DNA of 64,000 bases from the human T2T-CHM13v2.0 reference genome, Homo sapiens. A program made the position numbers and the translations under genes. The first letter of the stretch is position 1. Every line of letters begins with the position of its first letter. The DNA lies in NCBI RefSeq assembly GCF_009914755.1, contig NC_060940.1; one strand, 5' to 3'. Under the pieces are notes generated by a model. That model saw only the letters and a program-made list of their open reading frames with translations, had not been told where the DNA came from and did no database searches. This document shows positions 41,664 to 56,800 of this stretch, piece after piece.

Positions 41664-44600
41664 TGATTCCATTCGAGTCCATTCCATGATTCCATTACAG
41701 TACATTTAATGATTGCTTTGTTTTCAATTCGAAGATGATTACATTGGATTCCATTCTATGATACCATTCGATTCCATTCAATGATGATTCCACTCAAATC
41801 CATTGGATGATTCCATTCGTGTCCATTCGGTGATTTCATTAGATTCTATTCGAGGATGATTCCATTCGATTCCATTCGATGATTCCATTCAATTCCATTC
41901 GATGGTGATTCCATTCCAGTCCATATGATCATTCCATTTGATTTCATTCGATGATGATTCCATTCGATTCCATTCGACGATTCCATTCTATTCCATTCGA
42001 TGATGATTCCATTCGAGTCCATTCGATCATTCCATTCGAGTCCATTTAATGATTCCATTGGGTTCAATTCAATGATGATTACATTGGATTCCGTTCTATG
42101 ATTCCATTCAATTCCGTTCATTGACAATTTGATTCCATTCGATGATGATTCCATTTGAGTTCATTCGATGATTCTATTCGATTCTCTTCGATGGTGATTC
42201 AATTCTATTATATTGGATGATTCCATTCGATTCCATTTGATGTTGATTCAATTCGATTCTATTCGATGATGATTCCATTGGATTTCACTTGATGATTCTA
42301 TTCGATTCCATTCAATGATGATTCACTTCTCGTCCATTGGATGATTCCATTTCATTCCATTCGATGATGATTCCATTCGATTCCATTCGATGATTCCATT
42401 TGATTCCATGCGACGGTGAGCAATTCGATTCAATTCCATGATGATTCTATTTGATTCAATTAGATGATGTTTCCATTCGAATCCATTCCATGATTATTCC
42501 ATTGGAATCCATTCGGCGATGATTCCATATGAGTCAATTCAATGATGATTCCATATGGGTCCGTTCGATGATAATTCCATTTGATTTCATTCGATGCTTC
42601 TATTCTATTCCAGTCGATGATGATTCCGTTGGAGTCCATACGATGATTCCATTTGATTTCATTTGATGATGATTCCATTCGATGATGATTACATTGGATT
42701 CCATTCTATGATTCCATTCAATTCCATTCGTTGATGATTCGATTCCATTCAATGATGATTCCATTTGAGTTCATTCGATGATTCTATTCGATTCCGTTCG
42801 ATGGTGATTCAATTCTCTTATATTGGATGATTCCAGTCGATTCCATTTGATGATTATTCCATTGGAGTCCACTTAGTGAATCCTTTGGATTCTACTCGAC
42901 GATGATTCCATTCGAGTCCATTCGATGATACCATTCAATTCCATTCGTTGATGCTTCCATTCAAGTGCATTCGATGATATCATTCGATTCCATTTGATGA
43001 TAATTCCATTTGATTCCATGCGATGATTCTATTCGATTCCATTCAATGATAATTCCATTCAATTCAGTGATTCCTCTGGACTCCATTTGATGATGATTCC
43101 ATTCAATGATTCCATTCGATTCTATTCGAAAATGATTCCATTTGAATCCATTTGATGATGATTCCATTAGATTCCATTTGATGATTCCATTCGATTCCAT
43201 TCGAAGATGATTCCATTCGATTCCGTTTGATGATTCCATTCTATTCTATTCGATGATGATTCCATTCGATTCCATTCGATGATGATTGGATTCGATTCCA
43301 TTTGATGATTTCATTTGATTCCATTCGTTAATGATTTCGATCAATTCCATTCGATGATTCCATTCGATTCCATTCGATAATGATTACATCCGAGTCCATT
43401 CGATGATTCCCTTTGAGCCTGTTCGATAATTCCATTTGAGTCCAACCAATGATTCCATTCATTTCCATTCAATGATTCCATTCGAGTCCATTTGATCATT
43501 CCGGTAGGGTCCATTCGATGTTGATTCCATTGGAGTGCATTCGATGATTCCATTCGAGTCCATTTTAGGATTTGATTCGAGTCCTTTCGATGATTCCATT
43601 CGATTCCACTCGATGATGATTTCATTCGAGTCCATTCGACACTTCCAATCGATTCCATTTGATGATTCCATTCGAGTCCAATTGATGATTCCATTCAATT
43701 CCATTCGATGATGATTCCGTACGATTCCATTCTGTGATGATTCCATGTGATTGCATTCAATGATGATTCCTTTCGATTGCATTCGATTATGATTCATTTC
43801 GTGTTCATTCTATGGTTCCACAGGTTTCCATTCGTGTCCATTCCATTATTCCATTCTATTCCATTTGATGATGATTCCATTCGATTCCATTCATTGGTGA
43901 TTCCACTCAATTCCATTCAATGATTCCATTCCATTTCTTTCAACAATGATTCCATTAGTTTCTAATCGATGATCCACTTGATTCCATTTGACGACGATTC
44001 CATTCTTGTCCATTCGATGATTCCATTTGATTCCATATGATGATGATTCCATTCGATTCCATACCATGATGATTCCATTCGAGTCCATTCAACGGTGATT
44101 CCATTCAATTCCATTCGATGATTCCTTTTGATTCCATTCGATGATGATGGCATTCGATTCCTTTCAATCATTCCCTTTGATTCCATTCAAAGGTGATTTC
44201 ATTCAAGTCCATTCGATAATTGCATTCGATTCCATTCTATGATGATTCCATTCGAGTCCATTTGATGATTCCATTCAATTCAAGTCAATGATGATTCCAT
44301 TCGATTCCATTCGATGATTCCATTGGATTCCATTTGATGATGATTCCATTCAAATCCATTCGATAATTCAATTCAAGTCCATTCGATGATGATTCCAATC
44401 GAATCCATTCAAAGATTCCATTCAGTTCCATTCGATGATTCCCTTAGATTCCATTCGATGATTCCACTTGATTGCATTTACGATGATTCCATTCGATTCC
44501 ATGTGATGATTCCATTCAATTCTATTCAATGATGTCTCCATTTGATTCCATTCGACCATGATTGCCTTTGATTCCATTCAATGATTCCATTCGGTTCCGT

Positions 44601-47600
44601 TTGATGATGATTCCGTTCGATTCCATTTGATGATTCCATTTGATTCCATTGGATGAGTCCATTCGATTACATTCGATGATTATTCCATTCGAGTGCATTA
44701 GATGATTCCATTCGAGTCCATTCGATGATTCCATTCGATTCCATTCGATGTTGATTCTGTTCAAATCCATTCGATGATTCCACTCGATTCCATTCGTTGA
44801 CTCCATTTGATCCCATTCGATGATTTCCTTTGATTCCCTTTGATGATCATTCCATTTGATTCAATTCGGTGATTTCATTTGATTCCATTCAGTGATGTTT
44901 CCATTCGACTCCATTCGATGATGATTCCATTCGACTCCATTCGTTTATGATTTCATTCAATTCCATTCGATAATGATTCCCTTCGAGTCCATTCGATGAT
45001 TCCATTCGATTCCATTCAACGATGATTTGATTCGTGTCCATTCGATGATTCCATTTGATTCCACTTGATGATGATTCCATTCGAGTCCATTTGATGATTC
45101 TATTCAATTCCATACTCCGATGATTTCTTTTGAGCCCACTCAATGCTTCCACTCGATTCCATATGATGATGACTCCATTCGATGAAATTCGATGATTATT
45201 CCATTCGCTTGCTTTCGATGATTCCACTTGAGTCCGTTAGAAGATTCTATTCAATTACATTCCATGACGATTCCGTTCGAGTCCATTTGATGATTCCATT
45301 AGACTCCATTCGACGATGATTCCATTCGATGTTATTCGATGATTCCATTCGATCTCATTCGATGATGATTCTATGCAACTCCATTCGATGTTTCCATTCG
45401 AGTTCATTCTATTATTCCATTAGATTCCATTCGATGATGATTCCATTCGATTCCATTTGATGATTGCATTCTATTTCATTTGATGATGATTCCATTCGAG
45501 TCCACTCGATGATTCCATTCGAGTCCATTTAATGAATCCATTGGTTTCAATTCTATGATGATTACATTGGATTCCATTCCTTGATGATTTCATTCGGTTC
45601 CATTCAATGATGATTCCATTCAATTCCTTTCAATGTTTCGATTCAATTCCATACGATGATGATTCCATTTGATTTGATTCGACGGTGAGCCATTCGATTC
45701 AATTGCATGATGATTCTATTTGATTCAATTGGTTGACATTTCCATTCGATTCCATTCGATGATGATTCCCTTTGATTCCATTCAAGGATGATTCCATTCT
45801 AGCCCATTCAATCATTCCATTCGATTCTATTCAATGATGATTCCATTCATGTCGATTTGGTGATTCCATTTGACTTCATTTGATGATGATTCCTTTCAAG
45901 TTCATTAGATGATTCCATTCGATTCCATTTGATGATGATCCCATTCGAGTCCATTCAGTGATTCCATTCGTTTCCATTCCATGATGATTCCATTCCTTTA
46001 GATTGAATGATTCCATTCGATTCCGTTTGATGATGATTTCATTCGAGTCCATTTGATGATTCCATTTGATTCCATTCGATGATGATTCCATTCGAGTCCA
46101 TTCGATGATTCTATTCGAATCCATTTGATGATTTCTTTTGATTGTATTTGGTGATGATTCCATTGGAGTCCATTCAATGATTCCATTCTATTCCAATCGA
46201 TGATGATTCCATTAGAGTCCATTTAATGTTTCCAATTGATTCCAGTCTCTGATGATTACATTCGAGTCCATACGATGATTCCACTCAATTCCATATGATG
46301 ATGATTCCATTTGATTCCATTCGGTGATTCCATTCTATTCTATTCAATGGTGATTCCATTCGAGTACATTAGATGATTCCATTCGATTCCATTCAATGAT
46401 GATTCTATTTGTGTCCCTTAGATGATTCCACATGATTCCATTAGATGATGATACTATTTGAGCCCATCCAATGATTCCCTTCGATTCCATTCGATGAGGA
46501 TTCCATTCGATTCAATTCATTGGTGATTCTATTCAATTCAATTCTTTGATTCCATTCCATTCCATTCGACAATGATTCCATTCGATTTCTTTCGATGATT
46601 CCACTCGATTCCACTTGACATTGATTCCATTCGATTCCATTCAATGATTCCATTTGATTCCAGTGGATGATGATTGCCATCGATTCCATTCGATCACTCC
46701 ATTCTATTCCATTTGATGATGATTACATTCGATTCCATTTGATGATTCCATCTGATTCTATTCGAGGATTCCATTTGATTCCATTCGATGATGATTCCAT
46801 TCGAGTCCATTCGATGATTTCATTCGAGTACATCCAATGATTCCATTCGAGTCCATTAGATGATTCCTTTTGATTCCATTTGAAAATGATTCTACTAGAG
46901 TCCATTCAATGACTCCATTCGAGTCCATTCAACAATTCCATTCGACTCCATTCGATGATTCCATTCGATTCCATTTGATGGTTCCATTCGAGTCCATTTA
47001 ATCATTACAGTCGAGTCCATTTGGTGATTCCACTGGATTTCTTTTGATAATGATACCATTCAATTACATTTGATGATGATCCCATTCAATTTCATTTGAT
47101 GATGATTCCATTAGAGTCCATTCGATGATTTCATTCGAGTCCCTTCATTGATTCCATCCGATTTCATTGGATGATGACTCCATTCGAGTCCATTCGATGA
47201 TTCCACTCGATTCCATTAGATGATTCCATTGGAGTCCATTTGATTGTTCCATCCGATTCCATTCGATTCCTTTCGAAGATTATTCCATTTGAGTCCATTC
47301 GATGATGATTCCATTCCATTCCATTCGATGATTCCGTTTGATTCCATTCGATGATTCCCTTCGATTCCTTTCTTTGATGATTCCATTCCATTCCATTCAA
47401 TGATTCCATTCGAATCTATTCCATGATGATTCCTTTCGATTCCATTCGCTGATGTTTCCGTTCAATTCCATTCGATGATGATTCCGTTCGATTCCATTCA
47501 TTGAGGATTCCATTTGATTCCATTCAATGATGATTCCATTCTATTCCATTCAATGATTGCATTCAATTCCATTCAATGATTATCCCATTAGAGTAAACTC

Positions 47601-47772
47601 AATGATTCCATTCAATACCATTCGATGATGATTCCTTTTGAGTCCATTCAATGATTTCATTCAAGTCCATTTGATGATTCCTTTCAATTCCATTCTATGA
47701 TGATTCCATTCGAGTCCATTCGATGATTCCATTCGATTGCATTCGATGATTCCATTATATTCCATTCAACGG
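41664..47772 (+). repeat. HOR unit U10, 6,109 bp
   Basis: Spacing 42961 to 49070 is 6109. Confidence 0.9.
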
Positions 47773-50700
47773 TGATTCCATTCGAGTCCATTCCATGATT
47801 CCATTAGAGTACATTTAATGATTGCTTTGTTTTCAATTCGAAGATGATTACATTGGATTCCATTCTATGATACCATTCGATTCCATTCAATGATGATTCC
47901 ACTCAAATCCATTGGATGATTCCATTCGTGTCCATTCGGTGATTTCATTAGATTCCATTCGAGGATGATTCCATTCGATTCCATTCGATGATTCCATTCA
48001 ATTCCATTCGATGATGATTCCATTCCAGTCCATATGATCATTCCATTTGATTTCATTTGATGATGATTCCATTCGATTCCATTCGACGATTCCATTCTAT
48101 TCCATTCGATGATGATTCCATTCGAGTCCATTCGATCATTCCATTCGAGTCCATTTAATGATTCCATTGGGTTCAATTCAATGATGATTACATTGGATTC
48201 CGTTCTATGATTCCATTCAATTCCGTTCATTGACAATTTGATTCCATTCGATGATGATTCCATTTGAGTTCATTCGATGATTCTATTCGATTCTCTTCGA
48301 TGGTGATTCAATTCTATTATATTGGATGATTCCATTCGATTCCATTTGATGTTGATTCAATTCGATTCTATTCGATGATGATTCCATTGGATTTCACTTG
48401 ATGATTCTATTCGATTCCATTCAATGATGATTCACTTCTCGTCCATTGGATGATTCCATTTCATTCCATTCGATGATGATTCCATTCAATTCCATTCGAT
48501 GATTCCATTTGATTCCATGCGACGGTGAGCAATTTGATTCAATTCCATGATGATTCTATTTGATTCAATTAGATGATGTTTCCATTCGAATCCATTCCAT
48601 GATTATTCCATTGGAATCCATTCGGCGATGATTCCATATGAGTCAATTCAATGATGATTCCATATGGGTCCGTTCGATGATAATTCCATTTGATTTCATT
48701 CGATGCTTCTATTCTATTCCAGTCGATGATGATTCCGTTGGAGTCCATACGATGATTCCATTTGATTTCATTTGATGATGATTCCATTCGATGATGATTA
48801 CATTGGATTCCATTCTATGATTCCATTCAATTCCATTCGTTGATGATTCGATTCCATTCAATGATGATTCCATTTGAGTTCATTCGATGATTCTATTCGA
48901 TTCCGTTCGATGGTGATTCAATTCTATTATATTGGATGATTCCACTCGATTCCATTTGATGATTATTCCATTGGAGTCCACTTAGTGAATCCTTTAGATT
49001 CTACTCGACGATGATTCCATTCGAGTCCATTCGATGATACCATTCAATTCCATTCGTTGATGCTTCCATTCAAGTGCATTCGATGATATCATTCGATTCC
49101 ATTTGATGATAATTCCATTTGATTCCATGCGATGATTCTATTCGATTCCATTCAATGATAATTCCATTCAATTCAGTGATTCCTCTGGACTCCATTTGAT
49201 GATGATTCCATTCAATGATTCCATTCGATTCTATTCGAAAATGATTCCATTTGAATCCATTTGATGATGATTCCATTAGATTCCATTTGATGATTCCATT
49301 CAATTCCATTCGAAGATGATTCCATTCGATTCCGTTTGATGATTCCATTCTATTCTATTCGATGATGATTCCATTCGATTCCATTCGATGATGATTGGAT
49401 TCGATTCCATTTGATGATTTCATTTGATTCCATTCGTTAATGATTTCGATCAATTCCATTCGATGATTCCATTCGATTCCATTCGATAATGATTACATCC
49501 GTGTCCATTCGATGATTCCATTGGAGCCTGTTCGATAATTCCATTTGAGTCCAACCAATGATTCCATTCATTTCCATTCAATGATTCCATTCGAGTCCAT
49601 TTGATCATTCCGGTAGGGTCCATTCGATGTTGATTCCATTGGAGTGCATTCGATGATTCCATTCGAGTCCATTTTAGGATTTGATTCGAGTCCTTTCGAT
49701 GATTCCATTCGATTCCACTCGATGATGATTTCATTCGAGTCCATTCGACACTTCCAATCGATTCCATTTGATGATTCCATTCGAGTCCAATTGATGATTC
49801 CATTCAATTCCATTCGATGATGATTCCGTACGATTCCATTCTGTGATGATTCCATGTGATTGCATTCAATGATGATTCCTTTCGATTGCATTCGATTATG
49901 ATTCATTTCGTGTTCATTCTATGGTTCCACAGGTTTCCATTCGTGTCCATTCCATTATTCCATTCTATTCCATTTGATGATGATTCCATTCGATTCCATT
50001 CATTGGTGATTCCACTCAATTCCATTCAATGATTCCATTCCATTTCTTTCAACAATGATTCCATTAGTTTCTAATCGATGATCCACTTGATTCCATTTGA
50101 CGACGATTGCATTCTTGTCCATTCGATGATTCCATTTGATTCCATATGATGATGATTCCATTCGATTCCATACCATGATGATTCCATTCGAGTCCATTCA
50201 ATGGTGATTCCATTCAATTCCATTCGATGATTCCTTTTGATTCCATTCGATGATGATGGCATTCGATTCCTTTCAATCATTCCCTTTGATTCCATTCAAA
50301 GGTGATTTCATTCAAGTCCATTCGATAATTGCATTCGATTCCATTCTATGATGATTCCATTCGAGTCCATTTGATGATTCCATTCAATTCAAGTCAATGA
50401 TGATTCCATTCGATTCCATTCGATGATTCCATTGGATTCCATTTGATGATGATTCCATTCAAATCCATTCGATAATTCAATTCAAGTCCATTCGATGATG
50501 ATTCCAATCGAATCCATTCAAAGATTCCATTCAGTTCCATTCGATGATTCCCTTATATTCCATTCGATGATTCCACTTGATTGCATTTACGATGATTCCA
50601 TTCGATTCCATGTGATGATTCCATTCAATTCTATTCAATGATGTCTCCATTTGATTCCATTCGACCATGATTGCCTTTGATTCCATTCAATGATTCCATT

Positions 50701-53700
50701 CGGTTCCGTTTGATGATGATTCCGTTCGATTCCATTTGATGATTCCATTTGATTCCATTGGATGAGTCCATTCGATTACATTCGATGATTATTCCATTCG
50801 AGTGCATTAGATGATTCCATTCGAGTCCATTCGATGATTCCATTCGATTCCATTCGATGTTGATTCTGTTCAAATCCATTCGATGATTCCACTCGATTCC
50901 ATTCGTTGACTCCATTTGATCCCATTCGATGATTTCCTTTGATTCCCTTTGATGATCATTCCATTTGATTCAATTCGGTGATTTCATTTGATTCCATTCA
51001 GTGATGTTTCCATTCGACTCCATTCGATGATGATTCCATTCGACTCCATTCGATTATGATTTCATTCAATTCCATTCGATAATGATTCCCTTCGAGTCCA
51101 TTCGATGATTCCATTCGATTCCATTCAACGATGATTTGATTCGTGTCCATTCGATGATTCCATTTGATTCCACTTGATGATGATTCCATTCGAGTCCATT
51201 TGATGATTCTATTCAATTCCATACTCCGATGATTTCTTTTGAGCCCACTCAATGCTTCCACTCGATTCCATATGATGATGACTCCATTCGATGAAATTCG
51301 ATGATTATTCCATTCGCTTGCTTTCGATGATTCCACTTGAGTCCGTTAGAAGATTCTATTCAATTACATTCCATGACGATTCCGTTCGAGTCCATTTGAT
51401 GATTCCATTAGACTCCATTCGACGATGATTCCATTCGATGTTATTCGATGATTCCATTCGATCTCATTCGATGATGATTCTATGCAACTCCATTCTATGT
51501 TTCCATTCGAGTTCATTCTATTATTCCATTAGATTCCATTCGATGATGATTCCATTCGATTCCATTTGATGATTGCATTCTATTTCATTTGATGATGATT
51601 CCATTCGAGTCCACTCGATGATTCCATTCGAGTCCATTTAATGAATCCATTGGTTTCAATTCTATGATGATTACATTGGATTCCATTCCTTGATGATTTC
51701 ATTCGGTTCCATTCAATGATGATTCCATTCAATTCCTTTCAATGTTTCGATTCAATTCCATACGATGATGATTCCATTTGATTTGATTCGACAGTGAGCC
51801 ATTCGATTCAATTGCATGATGATTCTATTTGATTCAATTGGTTGACATTTCCATTCGATTCCATTCGATGATGATTCCCTTTGATTCCATTCAAGGATGA
51901 TTCCATTCTAGCCCATTCAATCATTCCATTCGATTCTATTCAATGATGATTCCATTCATGTCGATTTGGTGATTCCATTTGACTTCATTTGATGATGATT
52001 CCTTTCAAGTTCATTAGATGATTCCATTCGATTCCATTTGATGATGATCCCATTCGAGTCCATTCAGTGATTCCATTCGTTTCCATTCCATGATGATTCC
52101 ATTCCTTTCCATTCAATGATTCCATTCAATACCGTTTGATGATGATTTCATTCGAGTACATTTGATGATTCCATTTGATTCCATTCGATGATGATTCCAT
52201 TCGAGTCCATTCGATGATTCTATTCGAATCCATTTGATGATTTCTTTTGATTGTATTTGGTGATGATTCCATTGGAGTCCATTCAATGATTCCATTCTAT
52301 TCCAATCGATGATGATTCCATTAGAGTCCATTTAATGTTTCCAATTGATTCCAGTCTCTGATGATTACATTCGAGTCCATACGATGATTCCACTCAATTC
52401 CATATGATGATGATTCCATTTGATTCCATTCGGTGATTCCATTCTATTCTATTCAATGGTGATTCCATTCGAGTACATTAGATGATTCCATTCGATTCCA
52501 TTCAATGATGATTCTATTTGTGTCCCTTAGATGATTCCACATGATTCCATTAGATGATGATACTATTTGAGCCCATCCAATGATTCCCTTCGATTCCATT
52601 CGATGAGGATTCCATTCGATTCAATTCATTGGTGATTCTATTCAATTCAATTCTTTGATTCCATTCCATTCCATTCGACAATGATTCCATTCGATTTCTT
52701 TCGATGATTCCACTCGATTCCACTTGACATTGATTCCATTCGATTCCATTCAATGATTCCATTTGATTCCAGTGGATGATGATTGCCATCGATTCCATTC
52801 GATCACTCCATTCTATTCCATTTGATGATGATTACATTCGATTCCATTTGATGATTCCATCTGATTCTATTCGAGGATTCCATTTGATTCCATTCGATGA
52901 TGATTCCATTCGAGTCCATTCGATGATTTCATTCGAGTACATCCAATGATTCCATTCGAGTCCATTAGATGATTCCTTTTGATTCCATTTGAAAATGATT
53001 CTACTAGAGTCCATTCAATGACTCCATTCGAGTCCATTCAACAATTCCATTCGACTCCATTCGATGATTCCATTCGATTCCATTTGATGGTTCCATTCGA
53101 GTCCATTTAATCATTACAGTCGAGTCCATTTGGTGATTCCACTGGATTTCTTTTGATAATGATACCATTCAATTACATTTGATGATGATCCCATTCAATT
53201 TCATTTGATGATGATTCCATTAGAGTCCATTCGATGATTTCATTCGAGTCCCTTCATTGATTCCATCCGATTTCATTGGATGATGACTCCATTCGAGTCC
53301 ATTCGATGATTCCACTCGATTCCATTAGATGATTCCATTGGAGTCCATTTGATTGTTCCATCCGATTCCATTCGATTCCTTTCGAAGATTATTCCATTTG
53401 AGTCCATTCGATGATGATTCCATTCCATTCCATTCGATGATTCCGTTTGATTCCATTCGATGATTCCCTTCGATTCCTTTCTTTGATGATTCCATTCCAT
53501 TCCATTCAATGATTCCATTCGAATCTATTCCATGATGATTCCTTTCGATTCCATTCGCTGATGTTTCCGTTCAATTCCATTCGATGATGATTCCGTTCGA
53601 TTCCATTCATTGAGGATTCCATTTGATTCCATTCAATGATGATTCCATTCTATTCCATTCAATGATTGCATTCAATTCCATTCAATGATTATCCCATTAG

Positions 53701-53881
53701 AGTAAACTCAATGATTCCATTCAATACCATTCGATGATGATTCCTTTTGAGTCCATTCAATGATTTCATTCAAGTCCATTTGATGATTCCTTTCAATTCC
53801 ATTCTATGATGATTCCATTCGAGTCCATTCGATGATTCCATTCGATTGCATTCGATGATTCCATTATATTCCATTCAACGG
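47773..53881 (+). repeat. HOR unit U11, 6,109 bp
   Basis: Spacing 47865 to 53974 is 6109. Confidence 0.9.
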
Positions 53882-56800
53882 TGATTCCATTCGAGTCCAT
53901 TCCATGATTCCATTAGAGTACATTTAATGATTGCTTTGTTTTCAATTCGAAGATGATTACATTGGATTCCATTCTATGATACCATTCGATTCCATTCAAT
54001 GATGATTCCACTCAAATCCATTGGATGATTCCATTCGTGTCCATTCGGTGATTTCATTAGATTCCATTCGAGGATGATTCCATTCGATTCCATTCGATGA
54101 TTCCATTCAATTCCATTCGATGATGATTCCATTCCAGTCCATATGATCATTCCATTTGATTTCATTTGATGATGATTCCATTCGATTCCATTCGACGATT
54201 CCATTCTATTCCATTCGATGATGATTCCATTCGAGTCCATTCGATCATTCCATTCGAGTCCATTTAATGATTCCATTGGGTTCAATTCAATGATGATTAC
54301 ATTGGATTCCGTTCTATGATTCCATTCAATTCCGTTCATTGACAATTTGATTCCATTCGATGATGATTCCATTTGAGTTCATTCGATGATTCTATTCGAT
54401 TCTCTTCGATGGTGATTCAATTCTATTATATTGGATGATTCCATTCGATTCCATTTGATGTTGATTCAATTCGATTCTATTCGATGATGATTCCATTGGA
54501 TTTCACTTGATGATTCTATTCGATTCCATTCAATGATGATTCACTTCTCGTCCATTGGATGATTCCATTTCATTCCATTCGATGATGATTCCATTCAATT
54601 CCATTCGATGATTCCATTTGATTCCATGCGACGGTGAGCAATTTGATTCAATTCCATGATGATTCTATTTGATTCAATTAGATGATGTTTCCATTCGAAT
54701 CCATTCCATGATTATTCCATTGGAATCCATTCGGCGATGATTCCATATGAGTCAATTCAATGATGATTCCATATGGGTCCGTTCGATGATAATTCCATTT
54801 GATTTCATTCGATGCTTCTATTCTATTCCAGTCGATGATGATTCCGTTGGAGTCCATACGATGATTCCATTTGATTTCATTTGATGATGATTCCATTCGA
54901 TGATGATTACATTGGATTCCATTCTATGATTCCATTCAATTCCATTCGTTGATGATTCGATTCCATTCAATGATGATTCCATTTGAGTTCATTCGATGAT
55001 TCTATTCGATTCCGTTCGATGGTGATTCAATTCTATTATATTGGATGATTCCACTCGATTCCATTTGATGATTATTCCATTGGAGTCCACTTAGTGAATC
55101 CTTTAGATTCTACTCGACGATGATTCCATTCGAGTCCATTCGATGATACCATTCAATTCCATTCGTTGATGCTTCCATTCAAGTGCATTCGATGATATCA
55201 TTCGATTCCATTTGATGATAATTCCATTTGATTCCATGCGATGATTCTATTCGATTCCATTCAATGATAATTCCATTCAATTCAGTGATTCCTCTGGACT
55301 CCATTTGATGATGATTCCATTCAATGATTCCATTCGATTCTATTCGAAAATGATTCCATTTGAATCCATTTGATGATGATTCCATTAGATTCCATTTGAT
55401 GATTCCATTCGATTCCATTCGACGATGATTCCATTCGATTCCGTTTGATGATTCCATTCTATTCTATTCGATGATGATTCCATTCGATTCCATTCGATGA
55501 TGATTGGATTCGATTCCATTTGATGATTTCATTTGATTCCATTCGTTAATGATTTCGATCAATTCCATTCGATGATTCCATTCGATTCCATTGGATAATG
55601 ATTACATCCGAGTCCATTCGATGATTCCATTGGAGCCTGTTCGATAATTCCATTTGAGTCCAACCAATGATTCCATTCATTTCCATTCAATGATTCCATT
55701 CGAGTCCATTTGATCATTCCGGTAGGGTCCATTCGATGTTGATTCCATTGGAGTGCATTCGATGATTCCATTCGAGTCCATTTTAGGATTTGATTCGAGT
55801 CCTTTCGATGATTCCATTCGATTCCACTCGATGATGATTTCATTCGAGTCCATTCGACACTTCCAATCGATTCCATTTGATGATTCCATTCGAGTCCAAT
55901 TGATGATTCCATTCAATTCCATTCGATGATGATTCCGTACGATTCCATTCTGTGATGATTCCATGTGACTGCATTCAATGATGATTCCTTTCGATTGCAT
56001 TCGATTATGATTCATTTCGTGTTCATTCTATGGTTCCACAGGTTTCCATTCGTGTCCATTCCATTATTCCATTCTATTCCATTTGATGATGATTCCATTC
56101 GATTCCATTCATTGGTGATTCCACTCAATTCCATTCAATGATTCCATTCCATTTCTTTCAACAATGATTCCATTAGTTTCTAATCGATGATCCACTTGAT
56201 TCCATTTGACGACGATTCCATTCTTGTCCATTCGATGATTCCATTTGATTCCATATGATGATGATTCCATTCGATTCCATACCATGATGATTCCATTCGA
56301 GTCCATTCAATGGTGATTCCATTCAATTCCATTCGATGATTCCTTTTGATTCCATTCGATGATGATGGCATTCGATTCCTTTCAATCATTCCCTTTGATT
56401 CCATTCAAAGGTGATTTCATTCAAGTCCATTCGATAATTGCATTCGATTCCATTCTATGATGATTCCATTCGAGTCCATTTGATGATTCCATTCAATTCA
56501 AGTCAATGATGATTCCATTCGATTCCATTCGATGATTCCATTGGATTCCATTCGATGATGATTCCATTCAAATCCATTCGATAATTCAATTCAAGTCCAT
56601 TCGATGATGATTCCAATCGAATCCATTCAAAGATTCCATTCAGTTCCATTCGATGATTCCCTTAGATTCCATTCGATGATTCCACTTGATTGCATTTACG
56701 ATGATTCCATTCGATTCCATGTGATGATTCCATTCAATTCTATTCAATGATGTCTCCATTTGATTCCATTCGACCATGATTGCCTTTGATTCCATTCAAT

